A stretch of DNA of 63,572 bases, counting the filler, from Collodictyon triciliatum (Eukaryota), in NCBI GenBank assembly GCA_043381765.1. It is 13 parts of 13 records of this genome, joined end to end, with 100 filler letters (N's around TTAATTAATTAA, not from the genome) between each part and the next. Parts side by side here need not be neighbours in the genome. Positions count along the whole stretch, not along the records: positions 25,854 to 30,917 come from JBHJMP010005521.1; positions 31,018 to 36,081 come from JBHJMP010005522.1; positions 36,182 to 41,243 come from JBHJMP010005523.1; positions 41,344 to 46,404 come from JBHJMP010005524.1; 9 more parts are not named here. One strand, written 5' to 3'. Of this stretch, positions 30,572 to 43,495 are shown one piece after another. The notes below the pieces were generated by a model, which saw only the letters and a program-made list of their open reading frames with translations, made no database searches and was not told where the DNA came from. Every line of letters starts with the position of its first letter. Positions within the stretch are counted from its first letter, which is position 1. The position numbers and the translations under genes were made by a program.

Positions 30572-31241
30572 TGCAGGTTGCGAGTTTCCTATGCGATTCA
30601 TCAGAAAAAAACCGCCCAAACTTAAAAATGCTGCGAGCTCGGGCTTCGTTATCATCCTGCCATTATATTTCTTTGCCCACCAGTTTTCTCTTTTTTTCCT
30701 TCTTTTTTATTTATTTGTTTGTTTGTTTGTTTGTTTGTTCTTCTTTTCTTTTTCTTTTTTCTTTTTCTTTTTCTTTTTCTTTTTCTTTTCTTTTCTTTTC
30801 TTTTCTTTTCTTTTCTTTTCTTTTCTTTTCTTTTCTTTTCTTTTCTTTTTTCTTTTTTCTTTTTCTTTTTTCTTTTTTCTTTTTCTTTTTTCTTTTTCTT
30901 TTTATTTATTTATTTATNNNNNNNNNNNNNNNNNNNNNNNNNNNNNNNNNNNNNNNNNNNNTTAATTAATTAANNNNNNNNNNNNNNNNNNNNNNNNNNN
31001 NNNNNNNNNNNNNNNNNCCCCCCAATGAAAAAAGCCGCTTCAGTAGCGGAAGAAAAAAAAAAAAAAAAAAAAAAAAGCATACGATTCTGGAAGCATGAGA
31101 CAGAAGACTCTTTGAACTGTTCCTTTGGCTCTTGTCTCGATCACATCTATTGTGCCACTTCATTTCGAGTATATATCCCGAAAAGAAAAATAAGAAAAAT
31201 GCTGAGGTGTTCACCCCTTCACAGCCAGAGCACCAAGACTA

Positions 31242-32212
31242 ATGGCCTCCGAGTCGGATTCAGTCCCGTTCCAAGTGACCAAGCAGAGGGCCTTTCTCAT
31301 CGAACGCTTGCAGCAGATGGTAACCGATCGGCGCAGTGCCGAGTTCAAGAAGGCCCTCAAAATCCTTCTCAACTCGGCTCCTTACTACGAGGCACTGCAG
31401 CCTGTTCAGAAAGAGGCCATCCGCAGGTGTTTGGCATATGTCGCACAGGACGGCGAGTTTTTGTTCAAAGGATATGTGGTCATGTCATTGAACGAATGGG
31501 CTGTGGAGCAGGAACGAATACTTCTGGTGTCTGATCGGGCATACTACAGAATCAAGTATGACTACTCCACTCAGTCGGTCTCTCGTTGTAAAAGAGTTGC
31601 CCTGCAAGAGATCGTCGAGATTCAATACGGTAGTTTCGCACCAGCGAAGATGTCTGTCAGCGGCCAAGCGATGTCGGAGAAGCTTTGCAATCAGCATGGA
31701 ATTCGAATTGTGACTACATCACGCGATGGAAAGGCAAACATTAATGATTTTCTCAGGAAAAAACTGAGTGTAGAGACGACAGGGTATCGCAGGGAATATC
31801 GACCATTTACTAGTGACCATCTCATGGAGAAGGGTTATTTTTTCTTTGTCTCTTTTTATTCAGTGAATTTAATCGGAGATGCCTTTTGCTGCATAACTAA
31901 AGAAAGTTAAGTTAACATCAAAGTCCTGATAACCCCAATATTTTCTTTAATCTCCTGTTAGCGGTGACGGAGGAGATAGTGATTTTATTTTCGTTGCTGC
32001 ATGGGTTTTCCGACCCGGATAGAGATTTCGTAGAAGCAGCAAGTACGCCGAAATTATAGCTGACATATTAGTAATATACTCACATGGCATGTATTTGAGT
32101 TGATTTTTATTTCATCCTTTTAGGCCAGAAACTACCCTTTGGATTTGAAGAAATTCCATTGGAAATTGAAATAGCTGGAGGACTGGTATCTGTAGTCTGC
32201 AATTCTATGCAG
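31242..32212 (+). CDS. hSac2-domain protein (TPRG1/TPRG1L-like), spliced
   Basis: NEWAVEQERILLVSDRAYYRIKYDY..KRVALQEIVEIQYG and a later exon IPLEIEIAGGLVSVVCN match the TPRG1-type hSac2 domain. Confidence 0.75.
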
Positions 32213-33473
32213 GTTAGAATTGCATAAATAATCAATTGTTAATGTTGTATCTCTAAAATAAAAAAAAAGTTTTACTATCTAATGTATTCTGGGTCATCTG
32301 CTAGGTCGGACTGTGGAACGCACCAGAGGAATCATAATTAAATTCACTCTTACAAGACAGGCACGTGTTTGCCATTTAATTGAGCATTCAATTACATAAA
32401 CAAATTCTTTTAAATCATCTTGCAGAGCATCATAACCAACCTTTATTCCCGTTTTTTTTTTTTTTTGGAAAGACGATATCGCATACATCAGCCCACACAC
32501 CTTCACAATGGAACGGTTTGGGCAAGAATAAAGGAGACATGTTCCTTTCTACACCATGGATATCTGACATGCCACAAAAAATGAAGAGAAAGTGAACGAG
32601 TGGTTGTCTCTCCTTCCTTTTTTTTCATTTTTTTTTCCTTTAGTCGATTCCAAGTTTAAGGTTAAACTTACAAGGGGACAAAAGTGCACATGGTAGAGAG
32701 CAAATGTGGGTAGGAGAAGACGCTATTGTGAAGTTAGCACTGGAAAGAAATCAGTGATAGCGAGTTGGTCAGGTGGGCGACCCAACTAGTTGATTGGTTG
32801 CGTGGGTAACAGGGGTTGGATATGCTGTGGGAGATATCGCACGACACATTCCCACATCTCCCTTCGCTTGCAGTCAGAGTAGCGAAGAATGCGGGCGTGT
32901 TTCAGCAGGCTGTTCAGGAAGCTGTATTGCACGAGGCTTTCAATCCTGGCTACATTGATTTCTCGTTCGGGTGAATCATTAGAGCGAGAGAATGCACGCA
33001 CACTCCATAAGGACAACAAGAACGAGGTGTTGGACTCTTAACGGGTGTCCGTATAGCCATGCGTCCCTTACGGATTAGACAAAAATATATCTAAACTAAT
33101 TATCCACCCTTTTGTAGATTTTCTCTCCTGTCGTATTTATTTATTATTTTTAAAAGGAAAAGAATGTGCACATTACCAGGGACTCGATGAAATATCCAAA
33201 GTCATTTCTTGTGCAAGAATGGCGTCATGTTCTGCGTCACCGGAGCCATAAGCTAGTATTTGACAAGACAGAGAGCCTCGTGGCTATTCCAACTTGTGTG
33301 CGCAGGACTAGAAAGGGCGGCCATTCGATCAGATCGGCGGATTGCTCACTTGTCTTGTTAACTCACCCCAACCCCGATTTCTGGTTCGCCCTGGACCCGA
33401 TGCCTCCTGTTGGATCACTCTAAACTTCCTCTCATGAATGCACAGGGCAGCCAAGCAGTGAGTAAGGGAGAGA

Positions 33474-33650
33474 ATGAGTGGGGAGAAACGGAGCCTAGAT
33501 ATTGTGATATTTGGAGCCACTGGATTCACAGGTACCTTGGTCGTTGAGTACTTCGCCACACACGTTGGCTTGCAAGCCAAGTGGGCGGTCGCTGGTATGA
33601 CGCTTTTTACATATTTTGCTTTCCCAACACATGCTTTTTTAAAATAATTT

Positions 33651-33682
<32 letters not shown>

Positions 33683-34473
33683 GAGGAAGAAAGTACAACC
33701 AGTTCGACGATGTAAAATTATGCTATTGTTAACAAGGCTCCCAGCACCCATCCTTACCCTTGCAATTTTTTCGGTGATGCCTTTGCACCGTCCGGCAATA
33801 ATCTTCTAACCAGCCGCTGGGAAATAGGTCGCAGTCAGCAGAAGCTCAACGCCTGCGTCGCCTCAGCGGAGAAAATAAATCCAGAGTTAAAGGGGAAAAT
33901 CCGTGTTATTATTGCCGATGGGTCAGACCCGCGCTCAATAGACGCGATGGTGCAACAGACACTGTATAGAATACATACATAATAGCTTGATGAAATTTTT
34001 TTATCTCCTTTGCCACTCTTTTGCGGTGACAGTTGCTTCAGCTATAAGAGTCGTCACAAATGGTGGTTTTGTGTAGTTGCAATATAGCTTAATATTTTAA
34101 AACTGGAATGATGAAAAGAACATATATAATAAAGCTATTTTTGTTTTCAGCATGACGAAAAGACTTTACTCATAGTCTCTTCTAAATCCTTCTATAGCGT
34201 CATTCTAAGTACTGCAGGGCCATTTTCAATATATTCCGATCCTGTGGTGCAGTCGTGTGTGAGGTATACTACAGATTATGTGGATATCACAGGAGAAACT
34301 CCTTGGGTCCGGACACTGATCGATAGATACCATGACATCGCTGTTTCTCGAGGCATCTCTATTATCCCTATGTGTGGCTTTGGTGAGTCATCAGAACTGT
34401 CCTCACTTTGGTGCTAATACATAATCATATTAGGTATTCTCTACGCATATTCTGTCGGTGCAATAAATGCCTT

Positions 34474-34504
<31 letters not shown>

Positions 34505-35865
34505 GGGGGAAGCTCATTATATTGACTTATTTGATATCCTATCAGACTCTATTCCGGCAGATTTGGGAGTGTTGCAAGTGGCCAATTATTTTTCACAACA
34601 AGGGAAAAAGACTAGAAGTGTGAAAGGTCTCGTGACTGCGATGGGAGGGGCAAGTGGTGGAACCATAGCCTCAATGTGCAACGTCGCTAAAACAACAAAA
34701 ATATCGGACTTATTCGATCCTTATTTTCTAAATCCAGATCGTAATGTGAGTAATAACAAATGCTCCGTTCAGTCAATTTTTTCTACGAAACCAAAAAAAA
34801 AACTTTTTTCGAGAATACTGATTTAATCATCAATATCTAGATATTAAATGATTAGATAAGAAATTATAATATAACGTTCCTTGTGGGTATTTGTAACAGA
34901 GAAAGCGCCAGGGCGATGAAAGTGACCAGATATTTGTTCGTTATGAGAAAGAGGTTGGAAAATGGTCGTCTCCTTTTATCATGGGTGTTGCCAACTCCCG
35001 CGTTGTGAGGAGAAGTAATTCGATTCTCCAGGTAAGACTTTATCACAAAAACACATTGATGAATTGATATTTTAATTTCCTCATCAACCCCCCCCCCCCC
35101 CTTCCGAAGAGCAAGAAGGATACTACGTACATATCCACAAAATCTATTACGATTTTACCTCAAATAGTTTGTGTGCGCGAGAGGGGAGGGGTAGTCAAGG
35201 AAAGAAGAAACTAAATCTCTTTCCTACAAAATAGCAAAAGAGCAGAGTATGGTGATAAGTTCCAATATTGGGAGGCTCTGCAATCAAATAACTTCATTTT
35301 TGCATTCTTCGCCGCAATATTTATTTCAATTCTTTCTGGGCTTCTTGTTTTCCCGCCTGCGCGTCGTTTGTTGACCTATCTATTCCCGGCTGGACAAGGT
35401 CCATCAGAGGAAACAAGAAAGAAGGGATTTTTTCAGTATGAGTTAGTCGGGATCGCAGAAGATGGGACGAAGGTTCTATCCACAAAAATCTCGATTATAA
35501 AATGTTCTATTTCACAAAAGAATATCATCAATTCAAATCTTTAAACCCATTTGACGATATTCAATCTCTGTTAGAGATAATACCACCTGTGTTATATTCA
35601 CGATTGTGGTGTTCTAAGGCGCATACCAGAATGTTGACATGCAACTCATAATTACACTCAGGCTATTGGCTACGTGAGAGGAGGCGATCCAGGGTACACG
35701 GAAACCTCAAAGTTTGTCTCCGAAGCCGCGTTATTCTTGTTATCTGAAAAGAAGAAGGCCCCGCTTCAAGGCGGCGTCTTGACACCTGCATCTGGCTTAG
35801 GTCTTGAGTTCATCGAGCGCCTCAAGAAAGCTGGCATCACGTTCAAAGTTGTTCCAGGTCATTAA
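33474..35865 (+). CDS. SCCPDH: Saccharopine dehydrogenase-like oxidoreductase, multi-exon
   Basis: DIVIFGATGFTG..WAVAG|RSQQKL; TAGPF..DYVDITGE; MCGF|DSIPADLG; GGDPGYTETSK..GGVLTPASGLG..ERLKKAGITF; stop 35865. Confidence 0.92.
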
Positions 35866-36292
35866 GGAGATAAAGACAAGATTTACAAAAAGATAAAATA
35901 AATCCTTCAAGAAACCTCCTTTCCACATTCCATACATAACCAATCCAAAGACTCGTATGCGCTCTCTTCGCTCTTGCCCCACTTTTTCTTCGTCGGCCCC
36001 ACTCGCAGAGCATCGTGCGTGGCCCCCTGCTTCCGCCACCCCGCCCTCGTCCCCTACAACCACATCCCCATGCCCAAAGCCNNNNNNNNNNNNNNNNNNN
36101 NNNNNNNNNNNNNNNNNNNNNNNNNTTAATTAATTAANNNNNNNNNNNNNNNNNNNNNNNNNNNNNNNNNNNNNNNNNNNNCATCAGATGGTTATTTATA
36201 TTGGCCCACTGCTCCCCTTCCTTTTAATCGAATAAAAAGGAAAAAAAAAAACTTGACTAACTGTTCTTAGCAAATGACGTCCTTCATCATCT

Positions 36293-36350
36293 AAGCAATC
36301 CTTATCTTTTTTTTCCCTTTATTCGATTCAAAGCAAGCAATCCTTATCTT
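36293..36350 (-). mobile_element. Very short retro-insertion (..GAATCGAATAAAGGG-polyA) with 16-bp target-site duplication
   Basis: AAGCAATCCTTATCTT at 36293-36308 and 36335-36350 flanks a 26-bp insert; related core at ~14557, ~36226 and ~50098. Confidence 0.6.
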
Positions 36351-36743
36351 AATTGTTTTCTGATAAATATATTATCGGATGATAGCGCAATTCAAATCTA
36401 TGGATAAATTCAAAAATCACGAAAGTTTGTAGTAATTATGAAAAGTAAAAAGAAGAGATACAGAGAACCTTATTACCACACACTATGCAATCAATTAACT
36501 TGGGTTAATTTGGATTAGAATGAAATAGCTTTTTTTTACCGCAGACATGCCCTGACTTATAATCACTCTGGATTTACAGAAGGACCACCATGGCACCAGA
36601 CACAGCCAGTTGTATACAGCAACAGAATTTCTGTTATATTTTCATGAATTTAAGTCAAATGAATAAGGAATATTCCACTTAGTAGATCATGAAATGGTTT
36701 TTAATCCTCCCTACGATATGGCCATGTCCAATTATTTGATAGA

Positions 36744-36853
36744 CTAGAAGTGTACCATCTTTCGATTGGTTGACCTGGTGCGCTAGTATCCAAGGTCTCA
36801 CCATTTTTTTCACAAAGGTTGTGTAGTGGTGAAGGCTGCCAGGAAAGACCCAA
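36744..36853 (-). ncRNA. Putative Fanzor omegaRNA scaffold / element right end (copy 2)
   Basis: Reverse complement matches 2039-2151 and ends at the same CTAG|T (CTAG at 36744-36747). Confidence 0.7.
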
Positions 36854-36859
36854 TAGCCT

Positions 36860-38751
36860 GTTTTTTTTTTTAGATGAAAATGTATGCATATTTGTAAGGA
36901 TTAAAATAATTTTCTTGAGTATATCTTTAGAGCTGTTAAAGTCCCTTGTCAAGAATACACTTTGTTTGCTTTCTGAGCGATTGTATTCTTTACATATGAT
37001 ACATATATACACAATTTTTTGAGTTTCTCTTCAGTTTCATACATTCCAGTCCTTTTTCGCAGTTGTGGCACATCTTGGAGGTTCTAAATTCATTCACACT
37101 AACTGTATCTAACATTTGTATAGTATTTTTCGTAATCCTCTTCCGATTGTTGGCATAAAATGTTTCATCAGAGATTCTCTGCTCCAGTTTCCATACGCCA
37201 GTACAACATCCTTGCCAAATGTCTTTTCGATTCAGTCCATAAACGATGATTCACTTATTTTTGTATTAACACACTATCTCCATACCATCTTTGGAAAAAT
37301 TACTTGTTCATAAAATCTGAATTATTATATCTGGTATCCTGATTTCATAAATACATATTCTCCAAATTATTCATAATCGACCGTGCATGAATTATGTTTA
37401 CTCAGTTCTGTCTCTAAATCGATTAAAGATACTCCCGGTGTCTCAAACTGCTGATCCTCTTCAAAAGTCATGGGCTCCAAAAGAAACAGCACTTTGTAAA
37501 CCTGTTGCCATGCGTATCCCTGAACATTGTACTTTTTTTTTCTCTCGCAAGGGTATTTTGTATTTTTAAGAGATTTGCTATCACGTCTTGTTTGGTGTGC
37601 CGTGTAACGCAATTTCTTACCTGTCTCATCTACTATGCAAACCAAATTAAACTTGCCTGTGTCCACTGAAACTATTTTTTTTGTCGCTAATAAAGATAAC
37701 TGCTCTTCGGAAAGTTCATCTATATAGACATATTCTTGGGGTTTTTGATTAAATTAGAATTTTGAATTTTAAATCCCTTTCTTTCGAACAATAATGACAC
37801 CGCCAAGCCGTCTGTTTGTATCATGTATTTAAAAATGTAGTCTCTTTGATGAAGACCCTCTTCTTCATTTCAAAGAAATCATCATATAGTTTCTCTTTGC
37901 ATCCTGATATATTCTTCAGTAATAATGTTTTTCCAGATAATACAAATATATCTATCAAACATGCAGTATCTAGGGTAATATGACATGGTATATTGTTAGT
38001 ACTTATAGAGATTGGTTGAAACAGTTTGGCTCCAATGTCCTCAAAAATGCGGTTCATGTAAATCAGACATGGAATGAGCTTATTTGGATTGACTTTGACG
38101 TCATATTCGATACCATTTACAATATCGCTGGGAATGATACGATTCAAATGCGTTGTAGCCCATTCTTCATATTGTTTCGGTATTTCGAGTTTCTTGAAGA
38201 TGGTTTTTTTTAAACTTTCGTAACTCTACCTTTTTAATGGCTTTCGTCATTTTCTCATCCTTAGGAACTGTTTGATTTATAAAGTACAGTAATCTCTTTA
38301 CAAAATGTTCCTTAATGTCATCATGATAAGCTGTTAACATTTGCTCCGCCAAGTACGGTAATAAATGAGACAGTCTAACCAATGGAAAGCGTTCTTCTCG
38401 GGACAAAAGGAATCGAAATCATAGAGATAAAAAGCCATCACGTCTTCTCTCATATCTGGATGTTTTAATCTTGTGGGTCTATCTTGTGAAACTATCCCGA
38501 CTGTCTTTAAAGCGTACAAAAAAAAAACAAAACATTTCATCGATTGTTGGGACTTGTTGTGATTTCAGTATGTAACATCTTGCAAACAGATAATTGTCGG
38601 TAACCAAATTATGACACAATAAAAGCGTGTCGTTGATTTTATCATAGTCATCCGCATTCTTTACAATCGACTTTAGAGATGTTTTCACATATCGATGGCC
38701 TGGTTTTACAGACTTTATATTCTCAGACTCAAGACGCATTCTTTTCTTCAT
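36860..38751 (-). pseudogene. Fanzor1 (TnpB-like RuvC nuclease), disrupted copy 2
   Basis: MKKRMRLESENIK..YVKTSLKSIVK; IPCHITLDTACLIDIF; RuvC-I VDTGKFNLVCIVDE..LRYTAHQTRR; LETELSKHNSCTVDYE; VNEFRTSKMCHNCEK; CIICKE..TRDFNSSKDI. Several frameshifts. Confidence 0.88.
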
Positions 38752-38929
38752 CTGAAAGTCTTTGGTTTACGCTTTCCTTTAGAAAACTACCGAGGTTTAA
38801 ATTTTAATAAAACTTAAATCTATTAGCCATTTAGTAAATAATAAAGCTGCATAAAATCAACTTATGTAAAATTAAGCATCTACCGAGGCTTTCAAAGTGC
38901 GCATTGTGGAAAACAACACACAAAGTTTT

Positions 38930-39960
38930 TTATGCAAGTGATTTGAGACAAAACGCTGAGAGCCGATTCGGCGAGTTCGAAAGGACAGCCGTATAGCCAT
39001 TGCGGCTGAAAGTCAACATATCGTCCCCAACCAACATGATTACCGCCGCAAGTGTGGATAGTATGCTTTTTTGGAATGCATGTTTGGTGGAAGGTTTATA
39101 GGGTGGGTTCTGTCTAGGCCAATGCAAGGGCTTGTTTGTATTTTTTTTTGTATTTTAATGATATATTACATATATAAAAATAAAATATAAATTGATTATA
39201 GGAATATAATTGAGATTATCAAGCCTTTTTTAAGCTTTATTATATATACTACTATATTATTCAAGTTGTTTCTTGGGTTCGTCAAAGCTCCTGCTTTTGT
39301 CAATGTAGATTTAATTCGATGGTTGTCTGTGCAATAAATTGCTATATGTCGGTACACTTTTGTTGTATGAAAAGTGTTGTGTCTTGAAAGGGATAAACCC
39401 AAGTTCGTCACAACCTTTGCAATGAAGCTTATCCATTTACAGGATGAATGAGAGCGGGAAAAAAAGAAAGAAAAAAGAAAAAAGAAAAAAGAAAAAAGAA
39501 AAAAGAAAAAAGAAAAAAGAAAAAAGAAAAAAGAAAAAAGAAAAAAGAAAAAAGAAAAAAGAAAAAAGAATAGAGAAATGAATCAGAGCAACTAATACTG
39601 AGCACTATATTCATACTTATCTTGCTGCCCGTGGGTCGATGGATAGAACTGGAGGCCTATTAGTCCTTTCTTCATGTGTTTCTTGTTCATTTCGATTCCT
39701 TGCGCGGAGCGCTTGGTCTTGGAGCCTTTCATCTCTTGGCTGAGTATCTCCCTTTGCCGTATTTGTCTATCGTAAACCCGCATCTTTGCTGGTCTGCTTG
39801 CCTTTCTTCAGACGTCTCATTTTGCCTCTTGACTTTTGCAAGACCGCTTTTTCTCTCCCTTGCTATTTTTTTTTTTTGCGTCAATTTGCTCCTCATTTTG
39901 CAGCCGCTCTTACTTTTTTCTAATCAAATATTTGGAAACTTGATCGTCGTTCATGCTGAC
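38930..39960 (-). mobile_element. Possible decayed Helitron RepHel N-terminal remnant (STPR-like repeats, CxxC)
   Basis: With one frameshift, ~39740-39830 reads RQNETSEERQAR(P)AKMRVYDRQIRQRE, close to the STPR repeat; HCKGCDE at ~39400-39422; FSRNG..GCPFELAE at ~38965-39015. Same strand and contig as Fanzor copy 2. Confidence 0.4.
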
Positions 39961-40951
39961 TGGACGTGATGGAATGACCCTTTTGCTTATCTTCTTGCTC
40001 CGTCAAATCGAACTGTATAGTTTTTTCTATTTATATTAATATGCCATTCGATATGCAAGCTTCTTAAAGCATCATTTATTATCATAAAAGCCGTCAATAA
40101 AATATCTCCATTTTTTCAAATGACATAAAGCTTATTCACCGTTTTTTTACGTAATTGTTTTTACCCACTTCATTGAGGGGAATGTTTGGCTTTCCTTGAT
40201 TCTTCATTTTAAACATAATCTTTATACCAAAGAACAAATAAGATATCTGTTGTACTGTTCTATGGCTTGCAATATTGTATGTCTTGAGATCTCGCAGCGA
40301 TAGCAGACAAGGAGCGTTGGAGTCGTCCGTGCTTATGCTCCGTGTGCAAAAGACTATCATCTCGCTTCTACCTTGCTCCATCATAGGAGATCGATCCATC
40401 TTTTCCCCCTCCCTTTATTATTCGTTTCAAAGAGCCCGCTCCGTCTTATTAGTAGTTTGTTGTACTTATGGATTGATGGCAGCTGGCGCCTTGATTGTTG
40501 GCGTGTCTCGGTCATAACCTGTGTTGTAAAGGATGTGGTAAAGTGACCTTTTCACTCTCTGCGTTGGCAATGTCGGCCTTCTCGTTTTGCGTCGGTTAGC
40601 AGGCATTCATTGGTGCAGGGCTGTGGCTTCAATCTCGTCCTTCTCGGGATCCTTCTTTTCGGTGGCTTGCTTCCTTGCTTACTCGCTTACTTTTTTTTTT
40701 TCGTGTTCAGAATGTGGCGGGTTGGCTTGGGCTCGAGCATTCTGACGTAGAAACAAACAAACAAACAAACAGTGCAGATTTATAGTATATATAGAATAGA
40801 AGATGAACGGTATAACTAAGAGAAAGAAAGTTTTCCGTCATTTTTTTTTTGGAAAGAAGCTACTGGTTGCATTTCCGCAAAACAAGGGGTTTCTCTCCTT
40901 TTCTTTCTTTCGATATCTGCTTGTATATCATGAATTGCAGTTTAAAGTCTT

Positions 40952-41173
40952 CTATGCTGGGGTCACCATCTTTGTGATTCGAGAGAGTATCTCACGAAAT
41001 GTTGGACGTGCTTTGGGATTCGAGTCCCAACACTCTGTAAAAAGGGATGCGTACGTCGGCGGACATTGCGGTGGAATGGCTGGTCTGAGGTCGCGGAAGG
41101 CAACAGCGGTGGCCACTTGGATTGGATTCATCCCCTTGTGAGGATCTTCCCTAGTGAACATCTCCCACAACAC
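40952..41173 (-). CDS. Last exon of a tyrosine-kinase-like (TKL, Raf/CTR1-type) protein kinase
   Basis: LWEMFTREDPHKGMNPIQVATAV..LRPAIPPQCP..CWDSNPKARPTFREI correspond to kinase subdomains IX-XI. Confidence 0.9.
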   Translation of the reverse strand: MLWEMFTREDPHKGMNPIQVATAVAFRDLRPAIPPQCPPTYASLFTECWDSNPKARPTFREILSRITKMVTPA

Positions 41174-41200
41174 CTTCGAGATGAAAAAAGAAAAAAAAAG

Positions 41201-41243
<43 letters not shown>

Positions 41244-41688
41244 NNNNNNNNNNNNNNNNNNNNNNNNNNNNNNNNNNNNNNNNNNNNTTAATTAATTAAN
41301 NNNNNNNNNNNNNNNNNNNNNNNNNNNNNNNNNNNNNNNNNNNTTTTTTCTCTTTTTTTCTCTTTTTTTCTCTTTTTTTCTCTTTTTTTCTCTTTTTTTC
41401 TCTTTTTTTTCTCTTTTTTTTCTCTTTTTTCTCTTATTTCTCTTATTTCTCTTATTTCTCTTATTTCTCTTATTTCTCTTTTTTTTAAAAAAAACGTTAG
41501 TATCCATTCCAGTTTCACCTCTCATTAACTGGATGAAATAGAAATCAATACGAAAGAACCCCGTCACTCTCACCCGAACACATAATTACTGAGGCATACA
41601 TAACGTGGATATACATCTAAACCTATTCATTCATCCATCCATCCATCCATCCATCCATCCATCCATCCATCCACACCACACCACACAG

Positions 41689-42096
41689 GAAAACAAAGAC
41701 AGCGAGGTGAGCACCGGATTCCTCACCCAGCTCGACAGCTCCTTCCGCTCGGAATCAACCTCGCTGCTCGGCCAGACGTCCACAGCATGCGCAACCCCGC
41801 GCGGAAATCCGATTCTGATCTCGCCCGACGAGCTTCTCCCGCTCCACGCATATCTCAGCACGGTCCAGAACCACACCATCGACGTGACCATCGGCTCGCC
41901 GTCCAACTCGCTGTCCAGGCGCTCGGGCAGAAAGTTTCTTCGGAACGCATCCAACCCGGAACTGCCGCAGGCCTCACGCGTCGACAAGGACTTTATTGTG
42001 GATGCTGCAAAGCACGTGAGCCGCAGAGGTCTGGAGCGCCACGTCGTCACAAAGACAGGCTCGTGGTTTCCCCAGCGGGATTTGGGTCTCAGCTGA
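41689..42096 (+). CDS. Probable terminal exon of an unknown protein
   Basis: CAG acceptor after (TCCA)n, then a GC-rich open frame of ~135 codons to TGA. Confidence 0.45.
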   Translation, partial: ENKDSEVSTGFLTQLDSSFRSESTSLLGQTSTACATPRGNPILISPDELLPLHAYLSTVQNHTIDVTIGSPSNSLSRRSGRKFLRNASNPELPQASRVDKDFIVDAAKHVSRRGLERHVVTKTGSWFPQRDLGLS

Positions 42097-42789
42097 GACC
42101 GACGCGGACATCCCGTGATCGACTCTGATCATCACCCACGACAGGTGCTGGGCAGCCGCATTGCCGCTGTATATTTCCCTCCGTGTGCTCTTCCCCTTCC
42201 TTCTCTGCGCCTCTGTGTATGAGTTAGACACCGCCGTTTTCATCGCCATTATCCTGATTATCATCACTGCCGCCGCCGCTCGGCTCTCTAGTTGGATGGG
42301 AGGCCAGCCAAACCCCATCTGCTTTATCCTTCTCTCGCTTCTCTTTCTGTGCCAAAGAAATAAATGTGAACTCGAAGCTACTTTCTTTTTCCGCTTATTC
42401 CGTTTTTCGTCTTCCCTCCTCCACAATTCTCCTTAATGCATGCATATGCGTTGAATCGGACGTTCTTGGCAACCAAGTGAGGGGGGAAATAAAGCTCTGC
42501 AAGTCCGTATTCTGTGGATAAGGAGCGGGTCCTGCTTTTATTCTATTTTATATTTGATATGTTTGTTTTCTTTCCGGTGATTTTTTTTAATTTATTCCAT
42601 GTCTCCAGTTTACTTCTCAAAGAATTGATTGATAACATAAAAGTTGGTTCTTTTTGCACATACGGTTTCTATCTCGTTCATTCTGTGTAAAAATAACAAA
42701 GTAGAAAGAGAAAGACAACAGGAAGAGAAAAAAAAAAGGAGCAAAAAGAGAAAAAAAATAAAGAGAAAAGAGAGAAAAGTAGACATTAA

Positions 42790-43085
42790 TTCGTTAATCG
42801 ATGATGTGATTTAGAATTCGTCTGAAAGTTTCTCGGCCAGATGTGAGGACAGAGTTGCTTGTTTTCGAACTTCGGCTTCGGTGAAGCCCCGACCTTGGCT
42901 ATAGTTTAAAAAGAAAAGAAAAAAAGATAGGGAAAGAGTGAGAGGAAAGGTTGTTGAATCATAAAAGTGGTAAATTTTACTATTATAAATGAGGATATGA
43001 AATGGTGAATGAGTACATAATTGCGAGCATAAATTACGAATGAAATATCATTAAATGAATGAATATTGTGATTGTTATTTAAAAA

Positions 43086-43130
<45 letters not shown>

Positions 43131-43495
43131 AATAGTACTGTGCGAGATTCAATTATTCGACGCGCTGTTAAGATGATAACATCTCTGTCTGATTGTGACC
43201 GACAAATAATTGTAAATACATCTGTATCATCGACATTTATATATAGCTTCTCAGTTTCCCCTTGATGGCACATGAATTCAACAGCGGGCGAGTACTTTGT
43301 CCTCAACTGTTCGTTGGTTAGTTTGTTTAAATTATATACATGTTTACATAATTAATAAAAATAAAAAAAAATATAAAAAAAAACTTTTGGAAAACATACA
43401 TAAACTGTTGAACTGTCTGATATTTTGATTCCCTCGGGTGAGAATGACAAAGTAACATTCTTTGGCGTTGCTGAGTTGTCTTGATACCATACCTT
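42790..43495 (-). CDS. Spliced gene fragment with PH-like domain (resembles SCAB-PH)
   Basis: TKYSPAVEFMCH..KLYINVD..FTIICRSQSDRDVIILTARRI has the beta-strand plus C-terminal helix pattern of a PH fold. Confidence 0.4.

Noticed and set aside
38787-38888. CTACCGAGG direct repeat as the Fanzor left end or a TSD
   Set aside because: No counterpart at the right end, and copy 1 lacks this region for comparison.
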